Source: a virus. Taken from it: a stretch of 64,000 nucleotides of DNA. The notes beneath the pieces are model-generated. The model had not been told where the DNA came from and did no database searches. It was given only the letters and a program-made list of their open reading frames with translations. Positions 57,301-63,803 of the stretch are shown here, piece by piece. The DNA lies in IMG/VR virus record IMGVR_UViG_3300020370_000004, positions 2,562 to 66,561 of that record. One strand, 5' to 3'. Position 1 is the stretch's first letter. Every line of letters begins with the position of its first letter. A program made the translations under genes and the position numbers.

Positions 57301-59740
57301 TTGCAGTTGCCCCAGAACCATTACCACCAGTAATTGTAATAGTAGGAACGCTAGTATATCCAGATCCACCAGATACAAGACTAATACCAGTAACAGTACC
57401 CGATGTAATCTGTGCAATAGCAGATGCTTGGTTATCTGCGGTTGCTCCACCACCAGTAATTGATACAATAGGTTCTGTGGTGTATCCACTACCACCAGTA
57501 GTAACGTTTATAGCAGTTACAGAACCTTTTACGGAAACAGTAGCAGCTGCTGCTTCTCCTTCGTACTCCCATGTGATTTGACCGATTGTAGAGTCACCAG
57601 AAGTGTGTGTCGGGTATCCTGCATTGGGTGTTGTGCCAGGTCCGAGTGCTCTGTACCTATTACCGTTATATCTAACCCTTGTACCTGTACTATACTGTGT
57701 ATTGATCTTATATTCTTCTTCAAACTCAACAGTGGGTGGGTTTGTGATATCATAACCTGATCCACCACTGAGTTTAGTGATAGACTTCAATCCACCATAC
57801 TTATTCTTAGATTCTCCTTTATATGAGAAGAATGGGACACCATTTGAAGAAATACCTATCTGACCAACAGGAGTAGCAGTTTTAGTACTCTTAGTTGATG
57901 GTACAAGAGGTATTCTCTTAAGATATCTCTGGTTGCCAGGATTTAAGTCTCCAGAACCGAAAGGACCAATATTATGCGATGGTACACCTGTACTAGTGAC
58001 GATAGCATCTGTAGTACTCTTATAAGTGTTCTGTACATCTGTCGTATAGTCTTTAACAAGGTTATTAATTGAACCAATGGTACTTCTACCAAAGGCAAAC
58101 TCTCTAGCAATGTAAAATTCAAACCCTGTTATACCACCAGCTGGTGTTGAGGAGAATATAAACTCAAATTCAAAATCATTGATAATACCTGCAATATCGT
58201 GCATATTATTGTAAACATCTTCAGGAGCATTGAGGATCCTAATGACATCATTCCTTTTTAAACGATGCTTCTCTTTTGTCCGAACAGTACAACGTACCGA
58301 ACCATTGGCAGCAACGGTTCCTAGGGTCGCAGACTCGCCTCTGAGGGCACGTCTCACATTATATGTAAAACTATCCCATATTGGATCAATAGCATCAAAA
58401 CCAGGTGCTGCTGGTGTTGTGACTTTACTGTCTGGAAGATAATACCTACCTCCATCAGTTAGTACTACTCCTTTAGTACCACCATAGACTTTTAATTGAA
58501 TTTCTGAGTTATCTACGTTGGAATACCCGTAAATCTTAAATGCAGCGAATACTTCCTGACCTGCATCATGTGCTACACAGAGTGTATTCTCTCTAGCACG
58601 GGTACAACCCAAAAATTGAGTTACAGTCTTATCTGAATAGTTAATAATCTCATCTTCAATCCTAAATCGCCCATTTTGCTCTGGCCAACCGATTGTAGAG
58701 TCAACTGTAACTACTTGGTCAACTAATTGACCTCCTAAGTCATTTGCTAGGGTAGATTTGTATGGTGTAACAAATGTACCTAGTGAATTATTGGTATCTA
58801 CGTCAATTTCAAAGATTGTACCACTTGCAGTGAAAACTTCAACAACTCCTTTAACGTAAATTCGAGCAGTAGCGACATTTGGGTCATTTTCGTCGTTTTC
58901 TTGGTATAATACTTGTCCAACAAGGTCAATAGGGTCTCCAGAGACAGCAACCGCACGAATAACCTCTCTGGAGGTGTAATATGCATCGGATGGTTTGAAT
59001 ATTCTCTCTCTTGGGTAGTTAACTTCTGATTCTACGCCAAATAGTGTTCTTAAGACAAACTGGAATGACCTTGTTGACCCCTTTGAAGCATAAAAGTCCT
59101 TAATACGCTTAATTACAGTACTTTCGGTTACACCACTTGCAAAATTCTTTGGATAAGTCGCTAAAAACTGTTCTTTGAACTTTCCAAGAACGTAAAGTGG
59201 GAAAATGTTGTTTAAATTAACAACTTTTGCTCCAAGTTCGTGAGTTGCAGCAGTTGTACTCTCAAATTGGTAAGTTCCAACCTCTCCAACTGCCTTTACA
59301 GCGTTAAATCCTCTTGCACATCCTTGAAATAGTGTTGATCCCTTCTTTTCGTAGTAAATGATCTCATCATCTACCATCAAAAGACCTTCATCTGGGAAAT
59401 CACGAGTAGATTCAACGTCAACTGCATCTGAAGTCGTTGTTAACGATGAAATAAGTGTGGTCTCAGTAACTAGACCTCCGTAATTATCAATATTATAATA
59501 ATCTGACCAGTTTTGAATTACATCAAAACAATATCCTTTTAATTCTTGTGACTTATAGTAGTGTTTAACAAATGATATGAAGGTTGGATAATTTTCCTGT
59601 ACAAACGAAGCAAACTGTCCCGTAACACTTAGGGATATTTGCGATTTCGATTCGGGACTAACCTCAGACGGTACTGGAGGTACAGATACCGTTGTGGTTG
59701 GCGTAGTCCACGAGCTAACCTTCCATGAAGAATTTGTCAT
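45386..59740 (-). CDS. gp7: Baseplate wedge initiator gp7, greatly expanded (4784 aa) with YHYH-like, CBM-like, phycobiliprotein-like and YPR-repeat domains
   Basis: FVQENYPTFISFVKHYYKSQE, IKRIKDFYASKGS, LYDSDRYQEFSY, HPAGFK motifs; position between gp6 and gp8. Confidence 0.85.
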   Translation of the reverse strand: MTNSSWKVSSWTTPTTTVSVPPVPSEVSPESKSQISLSVTGQFASFVQENYPTFISFVKHYYKSQELKGYCFDVIQNWSDYYNIDNYGGLVTETTLISSLTTTSDAVDVESTRDFPDEGLLMVDDEIIYYEKKGSTLFQGCARGFNAVKAVGEVGTYQFESTTAATHELGAKVVNLNNIFPLYVLGKFKEQFLATYPKNFASGVTESTVIKRIKDFYASKGSTRSFQFVLRTLFGVESEVNYPRERIFKPSDAYYTSREVIRAVAVSGDPIDLVGQVLYQENDENDPNVATARIYVKGVVEVFTASGTIFEIDVDTNNSLGTFVTPYKSTLANDLGGQLVDQVVTVDSTIGWPEQNGRFRIEDEIINYSDKTVTQFLGCTRARENTLCVAHDAGQEVFAAFKIYGYSNVDNSEIQLKVYGGTKGVVLTDGGRYYLPDSKVTTPAAPGFDAIDPIWDSFTYNVRRALRGESATLGTVAANGSVRCTVRTKEKHRLKRNDVIRILNAPEDVYNNMHDIAGIINDFEFEFIFSSTPAGGITGFEFYIAREFAFGRSTIGSINNLVKDYTTDVQNTYKSTTDAIVTSTGVPSHNIGPFGSGDLNPGNQRYLKRIPLVPSTKSTKTATPVGQIGISSNGVPFFSYKGESKNKYGGLKSITKLSGGSGYDITNPPTVEFEEEYKINTQYSTGTRVRYNGNRYRALGPGTTPNAGYPTHTSGDSTIGQITWEYEGEAAAATVSVKGSVTAINVTTGGSGYTTEPIVSITGGGATADNQASAIAQITSGTVTGISLVSGGSGYTSVPTITITGGNGSGATATATCRGPVDTINITDAGGQYTYEPTIKLISGSGAVAYPSILNGKIESIIVTFGGSGYFGAPDVIITGDGVGATAFAQVDLSTNIVTGVVITNKGAGYSAGATTISIVYPGSGAQFQTNLTELTFNEAATYEELGVPSNQFTNRKTVDTANGTTMQGENYLIYGGEYGYLYNPKILRFLLRDNIDESLTELNPTSHSPIIGWAYDGHPIYGPYGFEDPENTAPYNSYKLMVSSYNVKSSRDALLSGLTDPMGTYIEDYEYTEGYGDLDQYNGRFCVTPEYPNGVYAYFATIKGSAGEPKFPYFVGPNFYSEADAVNWNGNGLQKNFTEDAVRYKAPFIGTDNIVAKRKQLDNRVDFFLALEDTTTLIVMETGEILTYLEDGIGYFSYYPVIRGGTADSMVVSGTNKYSSANIDQYLVEGGGKEYKVNDRLQFDNTGTGGEGVSAIVSAIEGTTVSNITMFEVTGENRYFATVNTSENHYLQVGDSQVISVSDNLYTRSLTVKIIGGRYHFKYADMRTMKLVAAYQNTTAYNLGDLIYVQDRVYLASTGTSGSSAPTHESGTVSDGSMDWTYLRKRTDGNLYQDGWSSITGGSGYTNGTYSGVPITSNGSGKGAIATIVVSGGSVTNVTLTEMGTAYNVGDTITASDLNLGNGGGSGFTITLTQVETEAQIHLNKAHQTQIGDIVNISGVSPASYNKTDYTVVRSDTLNRFTVKRNFATIAAATITNAEVYVQEPKLKLIDGHKYTFDTSDTSNIGKTLAFTLDSANTDIFTYKNITEEQRDSVTGDQNSITILVTDLPGIFYYFDIQGSTSGNYFQAISDPIKGTQQVFSRTDTSFSYEMKVAPESGYTTGITYTTNSIYPSGGIATISIGDPGRNYSSLPKLSGSSRAGSGATAVSTISGSLSNVSVTNQGSGYNNASLPTGVVTLPDYVDLTVTNILGSFVPNEILISQTTQGNQTARGQVINWNPVTSVLRIRPLRNERTGAANKGYIMFSTGVAETNNLYSADSQASISAISGTQALVATVVSGGGALTEVTVTDQGSNYRSAPDVIFDDPYYGSVDTVTTLVQPAGNGTYTADQTTTGVTQTSVAPVNGTGATFTVVTDGNGRISTVTVTAGGTAYALGDVITFDGTKIPGGASNEDFTVTVNQLAHANPATISTLLNASVDTITVTNTGSGYLSAPNIEVSGGNGINAKFNATILNEGVQSINIESGGVQYQSAPVVNITQKTGSGASILLKSSDMGKILKIAGDNITFNYSHDRTLKPELNTTYNLQLTRTQVLDYFTITNGGANFVSTPEIVLEGGSGSLYETQAIVENEVIQVINIINEGRGFLAAPTVKARVTHTWVGLTSNNTLNFPYNTKIPTGTKVTLQQLTGQFPGGIAENTTYYAVAATTANGLADNQIKLATSLANANLGTTISFTSAPVGDPVTGQTYFTLQTTDLGDVITAFMKPATFSVGERIYQGASTASYTAYGYVKNWDASGRVVSVEIVEGEFLVGEPVFGEETAAFGQIHEFTRADAVFEVSPISTSATTWEKTTGFLDLNEQRLYDSDRYQEFSYDISSSININDWKNPLKYAAHPAGFKVVGTQVLSQASVKDFRSKPSLNLNAGNSFDWWVPTTNSIGSTFNGTTYIIPKPSARATGKMSQIQNFALGKADYTAAVPTEVQVFGKQLLDIQKILSCIAYKADDISDRSLSFDGSSSSIVDVSNNRITLTGHNLLDDQRVIYNSGGDRFQDARDLVIKNIDYIVEEVIGDLNYTYPSLVYNSTTCARDTRLILAAFANDLRYGGNQFSLAAINSYVGQTVSQGNAYIDAANLLKDNKELIAAEAVYQMLQDQTVGIPSGYPGVPGGSQNCEDDIVDVIEAIAYNLRYGGNSEVWDAANFYVNTVHLDGEETQSVWAFNKAKEFAAQIIINTSITIQGQHGYTQTTNTGVTFDASICATVDAAMDTLFNIVTTAIGNDSLSSVTRTNPANHILHIEGEETETIHAINKARDLMNLAVVNNLPAGTYTTINPVSDLSITLASDSCATVTSAITTLAKLMTDGIDNPSTLPQLNEGNYPNIRTGTPVTGLTNGNEYYVKYVDANTIEIRSIPGGPAINLTSVGTGSGHTLRCFIDGVNTQFKLTENGVPFTTRIGKTPDKDQLFVLANGIVQNPSNYTYASDIITFNKPLLGGSSVIAMYYDRQSYVSSFQLDTIGDEIKTFDVANGLTPGDGYSNGTYLNVPLKNRLGSGSGATADITVAGNEVTNVVLNQAGNGYTEDDVLGLSEIGEQLTTNYVPSTATYTPASGLLVLDIGNHTLTTNDTVRIANDALIFSCSYGGGGNQNYPRSTDPIGNLFDVPITATTGTTITVNALQGTSPTNTDAHTWQGLKTYQFQPSKVKYIPATGEMTLTAANHGMYKGDRIQIATDSLTFTCSKDNNSTNHTYPRISDPVGGAWVTIDSVTTDAFTVNVGRSERFQFTPSDSTYNAVTGDMTLTIGDHSLLAPIEHTATNAVYTPADGKVVITVTGHGMSNGDRVWIVDDSLSFTCTHGAGTKTYPRSTDPISNKFVEVFDVSNDTFTIQCLETVPSTNTTTHTFAGAQGAGIRQARDFVTVEENGLIFTCEMDDRATRHSYPRATDPAFNAPLAVKAVSGNVITVNVGKSPIVNYTPTDATYDPTTGVMELTIGSHNIIAGKSIKLAEGAVTFTCAQDGNTATKSYPRSLTDGFDVTGVNYNPDNGIMTVTSLAHGMVNGDWIKFKQESLTFTCSLDGNVAKKQYPRATDYAYDRWLKVSNVTNNTFDVVVLDTIPSTNTNTHLFSALPTRGPETVAYNATSGIMTINVEQFDVNNATYNATTGDMVLTIGTHNLTTLSKIRLDTDSLSWSCEYNGVTQTKTYPRSNGNDYVYNVDIPITSYTPTSITINVNGGQGAISHAVPHTFIGATAKCVKTGHGLSNGDFIKLKDDSLTFSCTQGLGNKTYPRASQATYTAGAGTTYDPNTGLMVVTTTINHAIQVGDKIKFDDGAVSFSCTAGSFPHTYVGGTVTNAVTVVTDSNTQKDVTNAVYNPTNGQVELTIGNHSYTTSDTVKIAANSLTFTCDEDSNATTHTYPRITDPAYEAVLPILAETANTITVQVGTAASTAATAYPRSGDYASGKWLEVYSRTANTFTVKVLSTIPSTNIAPHTFTTGAVNGITLKDPASQEFLPVSNVTFNSFDVQVLNTVPSTNTTTHTFILGDADAITIAPFEKKRDPFFDTALKVTATTATTISVDVLTTEQSTNTYSHAYSSALADSVITGGNYTHKFIAANAGAVKTGDRHTFVTANANSVTRGIVTHGVYAYNKLADAGRLIRANLEFIATTAYGRMLAANPSFNGDLYKVKCIRDTKLICDAVADNVEFGGNDATYDAANFYVGTVHLTGEEDQSVEVFNAARDICREVMRNITVTTNSTTQGSQIKDLNITNDSGNNVYDTNDCTDVASTITTLFGIVTTAVGTTAGGSGNLNSITRTSSGSPDFQIKVGTVTFDGSDTTFTAQVGGSTQVLPAQDNFLIFLNSTLQVKGSTQSYTYTGSTLTFNEAPLSGMDFYGFYFGKLELIDDLTPFFDNSKKNFTMKRDNEPISLESDNTSVIASNNLLIFINGVFQEPQTAYNLRGSIIEFSEAPRAGSDCTAFIFSGSAEDVLVSKTYNSVDPGDRLQVVSEGNDRLIATVSSSTSIDSYEYVGLRPIPAEFVATVSGQQVTQVTITNPGSNYENPPFLLFQGGGGGGAFAETEIEEGSGKVIGIKNLKGGNGYVTVPTVLPTHPLHLERKQRNRIISDSNLLGNSFLTSTITAADTTLNLQNVWYDVSQKYGFPDEAEVIIPFYNTVKQHWTAERILYGAKNTSANTLTVATGGRGYRGTTAHAHTILTGTFSSSGNVCTVTTSAAHNLITDMYQYLNFTSGMTVSGDDHVINGSYKVTVTGTTTFTVEIPYDLTTSGNVSLLPEVRLRSL
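46877..52105 (-). repeat. Three phycobiliprotein-like domains flanking ten YPR beta repeats within gp7
   Basis: CARD, CEDD and CIRD motifs each followed by GGN; C-terminal helices CATVDA, CATVTS, CTDVAS; YPR repeats at about 47370-50475. Confidence 0.7.
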
Positions 59741-59746
59741 CTGTTA

Positions 59747-61600
59747 CTAGCTATAGCTGGATTCTGGTACTACTCCTGTACCAGAAATATTTGAACCACT
59801 ACTGATAGTGTCTTCAACAACACTTACAGTCGTATTATCTATGCCCACTGTCAAGTAGGTTTCACGAAGAGATATGATATCGTTGGATTCTGGGATTGCA
59901 GCAATCTGTAATTGGTTATTTGCTACACTTGTCATAGAAATTATCAAGTCATTAATGACAATTTCACCCATACTGTAATCAACAGTACCCCATAATCCAT
60001 CTACGTATTCAAATTCACCAGTTCCTTTAACATAATAGAGTCTCAATGAACCTGCACCGTCGTCATTTAGGTAGAAAATGTTGAAATCATCTCCAACAAT
60101 CTTAAATCCTGAAGAAGAAACGGTTGGTTTTGTGCTTGTTCCTTGCTTAATGCGGTTACCGTAGCATATTTTATAGTTCACACGTGCGTTCAGATCGACT
60201 GTCACGTTCTTTCTCATCTTGAGACGAGTGATATTGGACGTAATTGCAGACTCTGACTTATCAATTATACTCTGAAGCTTAGAATATTTGAATTTTCCGC
60301 CAAATTTATTGAATTCTCCGCTATTGTTGAGTACATTTAATGACCCAAGTACCGCATTTTTCACTTCTGAGGGTTCTTTCCGCGTTATGTTCGGATTGAA
60401 ATACACAAAACTGTCAATATCAATGAATAAAATGGACGGATCAATGATTGTTGGCTGAATTGCTGCTACAGAATACTCTCTCAACTTCTTCAAAACGACA
60501 TTTTTCTCTGAAAGAGATAATTTGTCTGCATTTTTTGGTTTAATTGCAAGAAAAACTTTTCCAAATTCGGGAGGTTCTGCTTCTTCTCCTCCATAACATG
60601 CAATAGATCCTACATTGGGATATATCTGAGGAATAATTGCTTCATAATCACGTGTTGAAACTGCTCTTCCAAATGCTGAATAGAATTTTGGAGCAGCAAA
60701 TTTGATTGATTCAGTAGTTTCTGCTCTCGAACCCCCATCTGGAAAGGAAGTAGCCGTAACAGTAATACCAGAAGTAATACTTTGACCATTGTTATCTCTA
60801 AATGTACCAATATTTTCAAATACTTTTAAACCATTTGCACCAGTTCCATTACTTGTTGAGTATGAAACTGAAACAACATCCCCATTCTCTAAGTCTTTTC
60901 CAACTTTTCCGTCACCAAATAGAATTTCTGGGATCTCATATTCTGATTCCTCTAAGAAATATACCTTAGATGTTGAATCAATCTTAGTAATATCAGTTGC
61001 TTGAAGGTATCTTTCTGTAATTGTACCAGAAGTTACCTCAACTTTCATTGAAGTTGTGTCTGCATTCTTGTTAGTAAGGATAAATCTCTGTCTTTGGTTG
61101 ATATCTTTAACAAATGTATCAGTAAGGAACACTCCTTCGTATAAAATGATACCAGTAAATGTAGCAATACCACTAGTACTGTCCACAGAAGTGACTGTAT
61201 CAGTGCCAAGTGAGAATACAAAGTTGTTATTATCTAATCCTGTGAAGTTTAAAACTAATCCTTTATTAATTGTAACAGTTTTTGGGTATGGAACTACGGT
61301 CTGAACTGTAACATTGACTACACATTGTGCCGATCTTGCGGATTTTGGAGTATAACCAATCATCCTAGCAAGTTTTACAACGTTTTCACGCAAAACTGCG
61401 GTTTCTAGGAACCCTTCATTGACTGCAAGGTTGGCATTTACTGCTGTATAGTAAGTATTATATGCTAAAACGTCTAAAAGGACAGTCATTGACGATCCCT
61501 CGAAGTCATAATCCGAGAATTGATCCTGTGCCCTTAAATATCCTTTAATTTGTGCCTTGATTTCGTTAAACTCAAGAGCATTAACTTGATTAAATGCCAT
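59747..61600 (-). CDS. gp6: Baseplate wedge subunit gp6
   Basis: FSDYDFEGSSMTVLLDVLAYNTYY, LRENVVKLARMIGYTPKS, RAVSTRDYE, GGEEAEPPEFGKVF. Confidence 0.95.
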   Translation of the reverse strand: MAFNQVNALEFNEIKAQIKGYLRAQDQFSDYDFEGSSMTVLLDVLAYNTYYTAVNANLAVNEGFLETAVLRENVVKLARMIGYTPKSARSAQCVVNVTVQTVVPYPKTVTINKGLVLNFTGLDNNNFVFSLGTDTVTSVDSTSGIATFTGIILYEGVFLTDTFVKDINQRQRFILTNKNADTTSMKVEVTSGTITERYLQATDITKIDSTSKVYFLEESEYEIPEILFGDGKVGKDLENGDVVSVSYSTSNGTGANGLKVFENIGTFRDNNGQSITSGITVTATSFPDGGSRAETTESIKFAAPKFYSAFGRAVSTRDYEAIIPQIYPNVGSIACYGGEEAEPPEFGKVFLAIKPKNADKLSLSEKNVVLKKLREYSVAAIQPTIIDPSILFIDIDSFVYFNPNITRKEPSEVKNAVLGSLNVLNNSGEFNKFGGKFKYSKLQSIIDKSESAITSNITRLKMRKNVTVDLNARVNYKICYGNRIKQGTSTKPTVSSSGFKIVGDDFNIFYLNDDGAGSLRLYYVKGTGEFEYVDGLWGTVDYSMGEIVINDLIISMTSVANNQLQIAAIPESNDIISLRETYLTVGIDNTTVSVVEDTISSGSNISGTGVVPESSYS

Positions 61601-61989
61601 TATGGTTTAAATGCTATACTAATAGAATCAAAAGTTGGTGGTATACCCATAATAACATATGCAACGCTTACATCTAGTTGATTACGATCCTCAGTCCACT
61701 TTGTTTTAATCTCATATACCGCTACTCTGGGTTCATGAGTATTAATTGCTTTCTTTAAGCGTCGCTTAATCTTCTGTGCATCGTTAGGTGTATAATTATC
61801 AAATAACAATCCAATGACGTTACCACCGAATGCCATGTCAAAAGGTTTCTCGTAGAAGTTGTAAAATACAATATTTTTGACTGCTTCTTTAATGGCTGCT
61901 TCATTGTTCAGTGCCAACACATCGTTTGTCACTGCATTCTTTTCAAAAGTTAAAGAGAAGTCACGAAATGACTTCGATATTAACGCCAC
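61600..61989 (-). CDS. gp25: Baseplate wedge subunit gp25 (GTG start)
   Basis: FRDFSLTF..N.VTND..AIKEAVKNIV...EKPF...FG...LLF...HEPRV, GPW/gp25 family pattern; coupled to gp6. Confidence 0.9.
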   Translation of the reverse strand: MALISKSFRDFSLTFEKNAVTNDVLALNNEAAIKEAVKNIVFYNFYEKPFDMAFGGNVIGLLFDNYTPNDAQKIKRRLKKAINTHEPRVAVYEIKTKWTEDRNQLDVSVAYVIMGIPPTFDSISIAFKP

Positions 61990-62016
61990 TAACTAGCCTA
62001 TTATTAACCTCAGGTA

Positions 62017-62024
62017 TATTTATA
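62017..62024 (-). promoter_or_regulatory. T4 late promoter TATAAATA for the baseplate operon
   Basis: Exact tatttata about 28 nt upstream of gp25. Confidence 0.85.
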
Positions 62025-62181
62025 CTTCTTTTTGTGACTTTCTTCTTGATGCTCTATCGCTACGTGGATCTGTAATAAGATACCTGCAATATTCATTCCC
62101 ATGATCGTAGAAATGATCACTCATATCTACGGGAATGTTGGCATTTCTTTTACCATCTACGATTCTATTTGCCTTGGCCAC
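62020..62181 (-). CDS. Small hypothetical protein (53 aa, GTG start; not in ORF track)
   Basis: Manual translation MAKANRIVDGKRNANIPVDMSDHFYDHGNEYCRYLITDPRSDRASRRKSQKEV; fills the gap; start uncertain. Confidence 0.5.
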   Translation of the reverse strand: MAKANRIVDGKRNANIPVDMSDHFYDHGNEYCRYLITDPRSDRASRRKSQKEV

Positions 62182-62305
62182 GGTATCTCTTTCTTGCCTT
62201 ATTTCTAGAGGTAGCAGAGTACTTTGTATGTGACCCTTTACCTTGTCTTGTCTTTTTAGGTATTGCTTCTATAGTAGGAATACCTGTATTAAATCTCATT
62301 GCCAT
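62165..62305 (-). CDS. Small highly basic protein (46 aa; not in ORF track)
   Basis: MAMRFNTGIPTIEAIPKKTRQGKGSHTKYSATSRNKARKRYRGQGK; starts 5 nt after the PAAR stop. Confidence 0.7.
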   Translation of the reverse strand: MAMRFNTGIPTIEAIPKKTRQGKGSHTKYSATSRNKARKRYRGQGK

Positions 62306-62310
62306 AATAA

Positions 62311-62592
62311 TTAACCTGCGAATACGTTACTTGAACCTGCTGCAACACTTGTACATGTTGCATCTCCTACTCTACCACATCCTTTGCCATTGACAAAGAC
62401 TGTACTACTACCAGTTGCTATAGCAGCGGAATGAGGAGGACAGGGTGCTCCTGGTAGTAGATGAGTAGTATTGTTGTCTCCCTGTCGAGAAATGCCTATG
62501 CCATTGCAAAACACATCTGATGAACCACCTGCTCTGGTCATTCCAGTACAGTGAGTTACATCTGCATCTCCTATTCGTGTTACTGCAGGCAT
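62311..62592 (-). CDS. PAAR-repeat spike tip protein (T4 gp5.4-like)
   Basis: MPAVTRIGD..H, GSSDVFCNG...RQGD...H, GSSTVFVNGKGCGRVGD..C...GSSNVFAG. Confidence 0.9.
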   Translation of the reverse strand: MPAVTRIGDADVTHCTGMTRAGGSSDVFCNGIGISRQGDNNTTHLLPGAPCPPHSAAIATGSSTVFVNGKGCGRVGDATCTSVAAGSSNVFAG

Positions 62593-62780
62593 TCGCTCCC
62601 TCCTAATATTAATCCGTTCTTTGTTGCTATTTGGTACATAATACTATGTATGGTCATATCGTATGCGTTCGTCCATGGTTGGGTCTTCTCATTCTCTATC
62701 CAACACTGAAGACTTCCATATTTTGCCTTTGGTATATCATCCTTAAACCATGAATCGTATTCAAACTCGTGTTTGGTCAT
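62580..62780 (-). CDS. Hypothetical protein (66 aa)
   Basis: ATGA overlap with the upstream ORF; overlaps the PAAR start. Confidence 0.6.
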   Translation of the reverse strand: MTKHEFEYDSWFKDDIPKAKYGSLQCWIENEKTQPWTNAYDMTIHSIMYQIATKNGLILGGSECLQ

Positions 62781-62992
62781 TTGCGTTCTCTTGTCATTAA
62801 CTCTGTCAAGTACTCCATATATTTCGCCATTTCTAAATGGTCATTTACATCATGGGGAGGTTCTGGAGGGGTAGGAGCGAACTTGATCAGATGATCGAAG
62901 CTAGCAGGTAGGTCTCTGGCTTTCGTATGCCTTATGATTTCGTCGTTATCTCGGATAACGAATTCTCCTTCCAGTGATTCCAGTCCTAACAT
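62777..62992 (-). CDS. Hypothetical protein (71 aa)
   Basis: DLPASFDHLIKFAPTPPEPPH..DH motif; late promoter upstream. Confidence 0.7.
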   Translation of the reverse strand: MLGLESLEGEFVIRDNDEIIRHTKARDLPASFDHLIKFAPTPPEPPHDVNDHLEMAKYMEYLTELMTRERK

Positions 62993-63011
62993 GGTTTGTA
63001 CTTATGTGAGT

Positions 63012-63209
63012 TTATTTAGAGACGAACGACGCGATTTTTGCCCCTTTGTTTAAGACTCGCGATTTTTTACGTCTCTTTTTCTTAAACAATCTCTGATATA
63101 TCGGTCTAATTAAAAATAAATCAAATACCTCAATCAGGAATACAAGTCCCAGAAAGGTTACTACACCTGCTAGAACTAATGCTTCAAGTATCTTTTTACC
63201 AATTCGCAT
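63012..63209 (-). CDS. Small membrane protein (65 aa; likely start MRIGKK at 63209 rather than 63317)
   Basis: Hydrophobic ILEALVLAGVVTFLGLVFLIEVFDLFLI followed by basic KKKRRKKSR; the shorter start avoids a long overlap. Confidence 0.5.
   Translation of the reverse strand: MRIGKKILEALVLAGVVTFLGLVFLIEVFDLFLIRPIYQRLFKKKRRKKSRVLNKGAKIASFVSK
63013..63019 (-). promoter_or_regulatory. Late promoter motif CTAAATA
   Basis: tatttag about 21 nt upstream of the ATG at 62992. Confidence 0.6.
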
Positions 63210-63414
63210 CTTCAAGCTCAGAAACACTCTCAGTACACTTCTGAAGTTCTTCTTCCTCTTTAGAAAGTCTTTCTTCATGATCGCATACAACATCGACCAA
63301 TCTCTCATATTCATCATGACCAGGTCTCTTCATCATCAGTCGAGATTGCCTGACCTTTGCTTCGAGTGCTTCTATTCTAACGAGAAGTTCTTCGTTTGAT
63401 AAATGAGAGTTCAT
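63196..63414 (-). CDS. Hypothetical protein (72 aa)
   Basis: Charged helical ORF in the small-gene cluster. Confidence 0.6.
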   Translation of the reverse strand: MNSHLSNEELLVRIEALEAKVRQSRLMMKRPGHDEYERLVDVVCDHEERLSKEEEELQKCTESVSELEDANW

Positions 63415-63556
63415 AGTTCGTAAAGATTGTATGATGAGTTTTTACCTTGGATTGGATCTCTTCAATGATCTCTTCCAATTCAGTTACTTTATTTCTGAGA
63501 GTATCCCTTTCCAATTTTGATTGGTAGTGCTCTGAGGTGAAGTAATCGCCTGACAT
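63377..63556 (-). CDS. Hypothetical coiled-coil protein (start MSGDYF)
   Basis: GGAGG ribosome-binding site at 63561-63565 supports the ATG at 63556 rather than 63616. Confidence 0.65.
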   Translation of the reverse strand: MSGDYFTSEHYQSKLERDTLRNKVTELEEIIEEIQSKVKTHHTIFTNYELSFIKRRTSR

Positions 63557-63566
63557 GTATCCTCCG

Positions 63567-63743
63567 TTAGTCTTGTTTAATGTCAAAATGCCATTTGATA
63601 TGCTTGATGTAATCAAACGTATCGCCTATATCCTTATCACAGTCTATCTCATACTTACGATCACAAAGAAATCTACGTAGTTCGTAGATGCTTGGGTATA
63701 CTCCAACTTGATCGAAGGATTCGTTGTACAAGACGTATTGCAT
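63567..63743 (-). CDS. Hypothetical protein (58 aa; not in ORF track)
   Basis: MQYVLYNESFDQVGVYPSIYELRRFLCDRKYEIDCDKDIGDTFDYIKHIKWHFDIKQD; first ORF after the sigma70 promoter. Confidence 0.65.
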   Translation of the reverse strand: MQYVLYNESFDQVGVYPSIYELRRFLCDRKYEIDCDKDIGDTFDYIKHIKWHFDIKQD

Positions 63744-63774
63744 TATTGAAAAGGATTAGGTGTATCTAGTATAT

Positions 63775-63803
63775 ATTATATCAGCAACTCAACACATTGT
63801 CAA
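63775..63803 (-). promoter_or_regulatory. Consensus sigma70-type (early) promoter TTGACA-N17-TATAAT
   Basis: tgtcaa at 63798-63803 and attata at 63775-63780 on the + strand, 17-bp spacer. Confidence 0.85.

Noticed and set aside
13969-59740. Inteins or introns explaining the giant ORFs
   Set aside because: ORFs are uninterrupted, and no intein splice motifs or homing-endonuclease signatures were recognised; the size comes from domain insertions.
1701-61304. Numerous plus-strand and alternate-frame ORFs of 60-204 aa in the track
   Set aside because: All lie inside long minus-strand genes and read as antisense or off-frame shadows of Gly/Thr/Ser/Val-biased codons, with no recognisable motifs.
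54300-61600. Impression of shifted codon usage (more CG and T-runs) suggesting a mosaic junction
   Set aside because: Could not be quantified by eye; it needs a sliding-window codon or tetranucleotide analysis.
62169-62393. Plus-strand 74-aa hydrophobic ORF
   Set aside because: Antisense to the PAAR gene and the basic 46-aa gene; its hydrophobicity mirrors their Lys/Arg codons.
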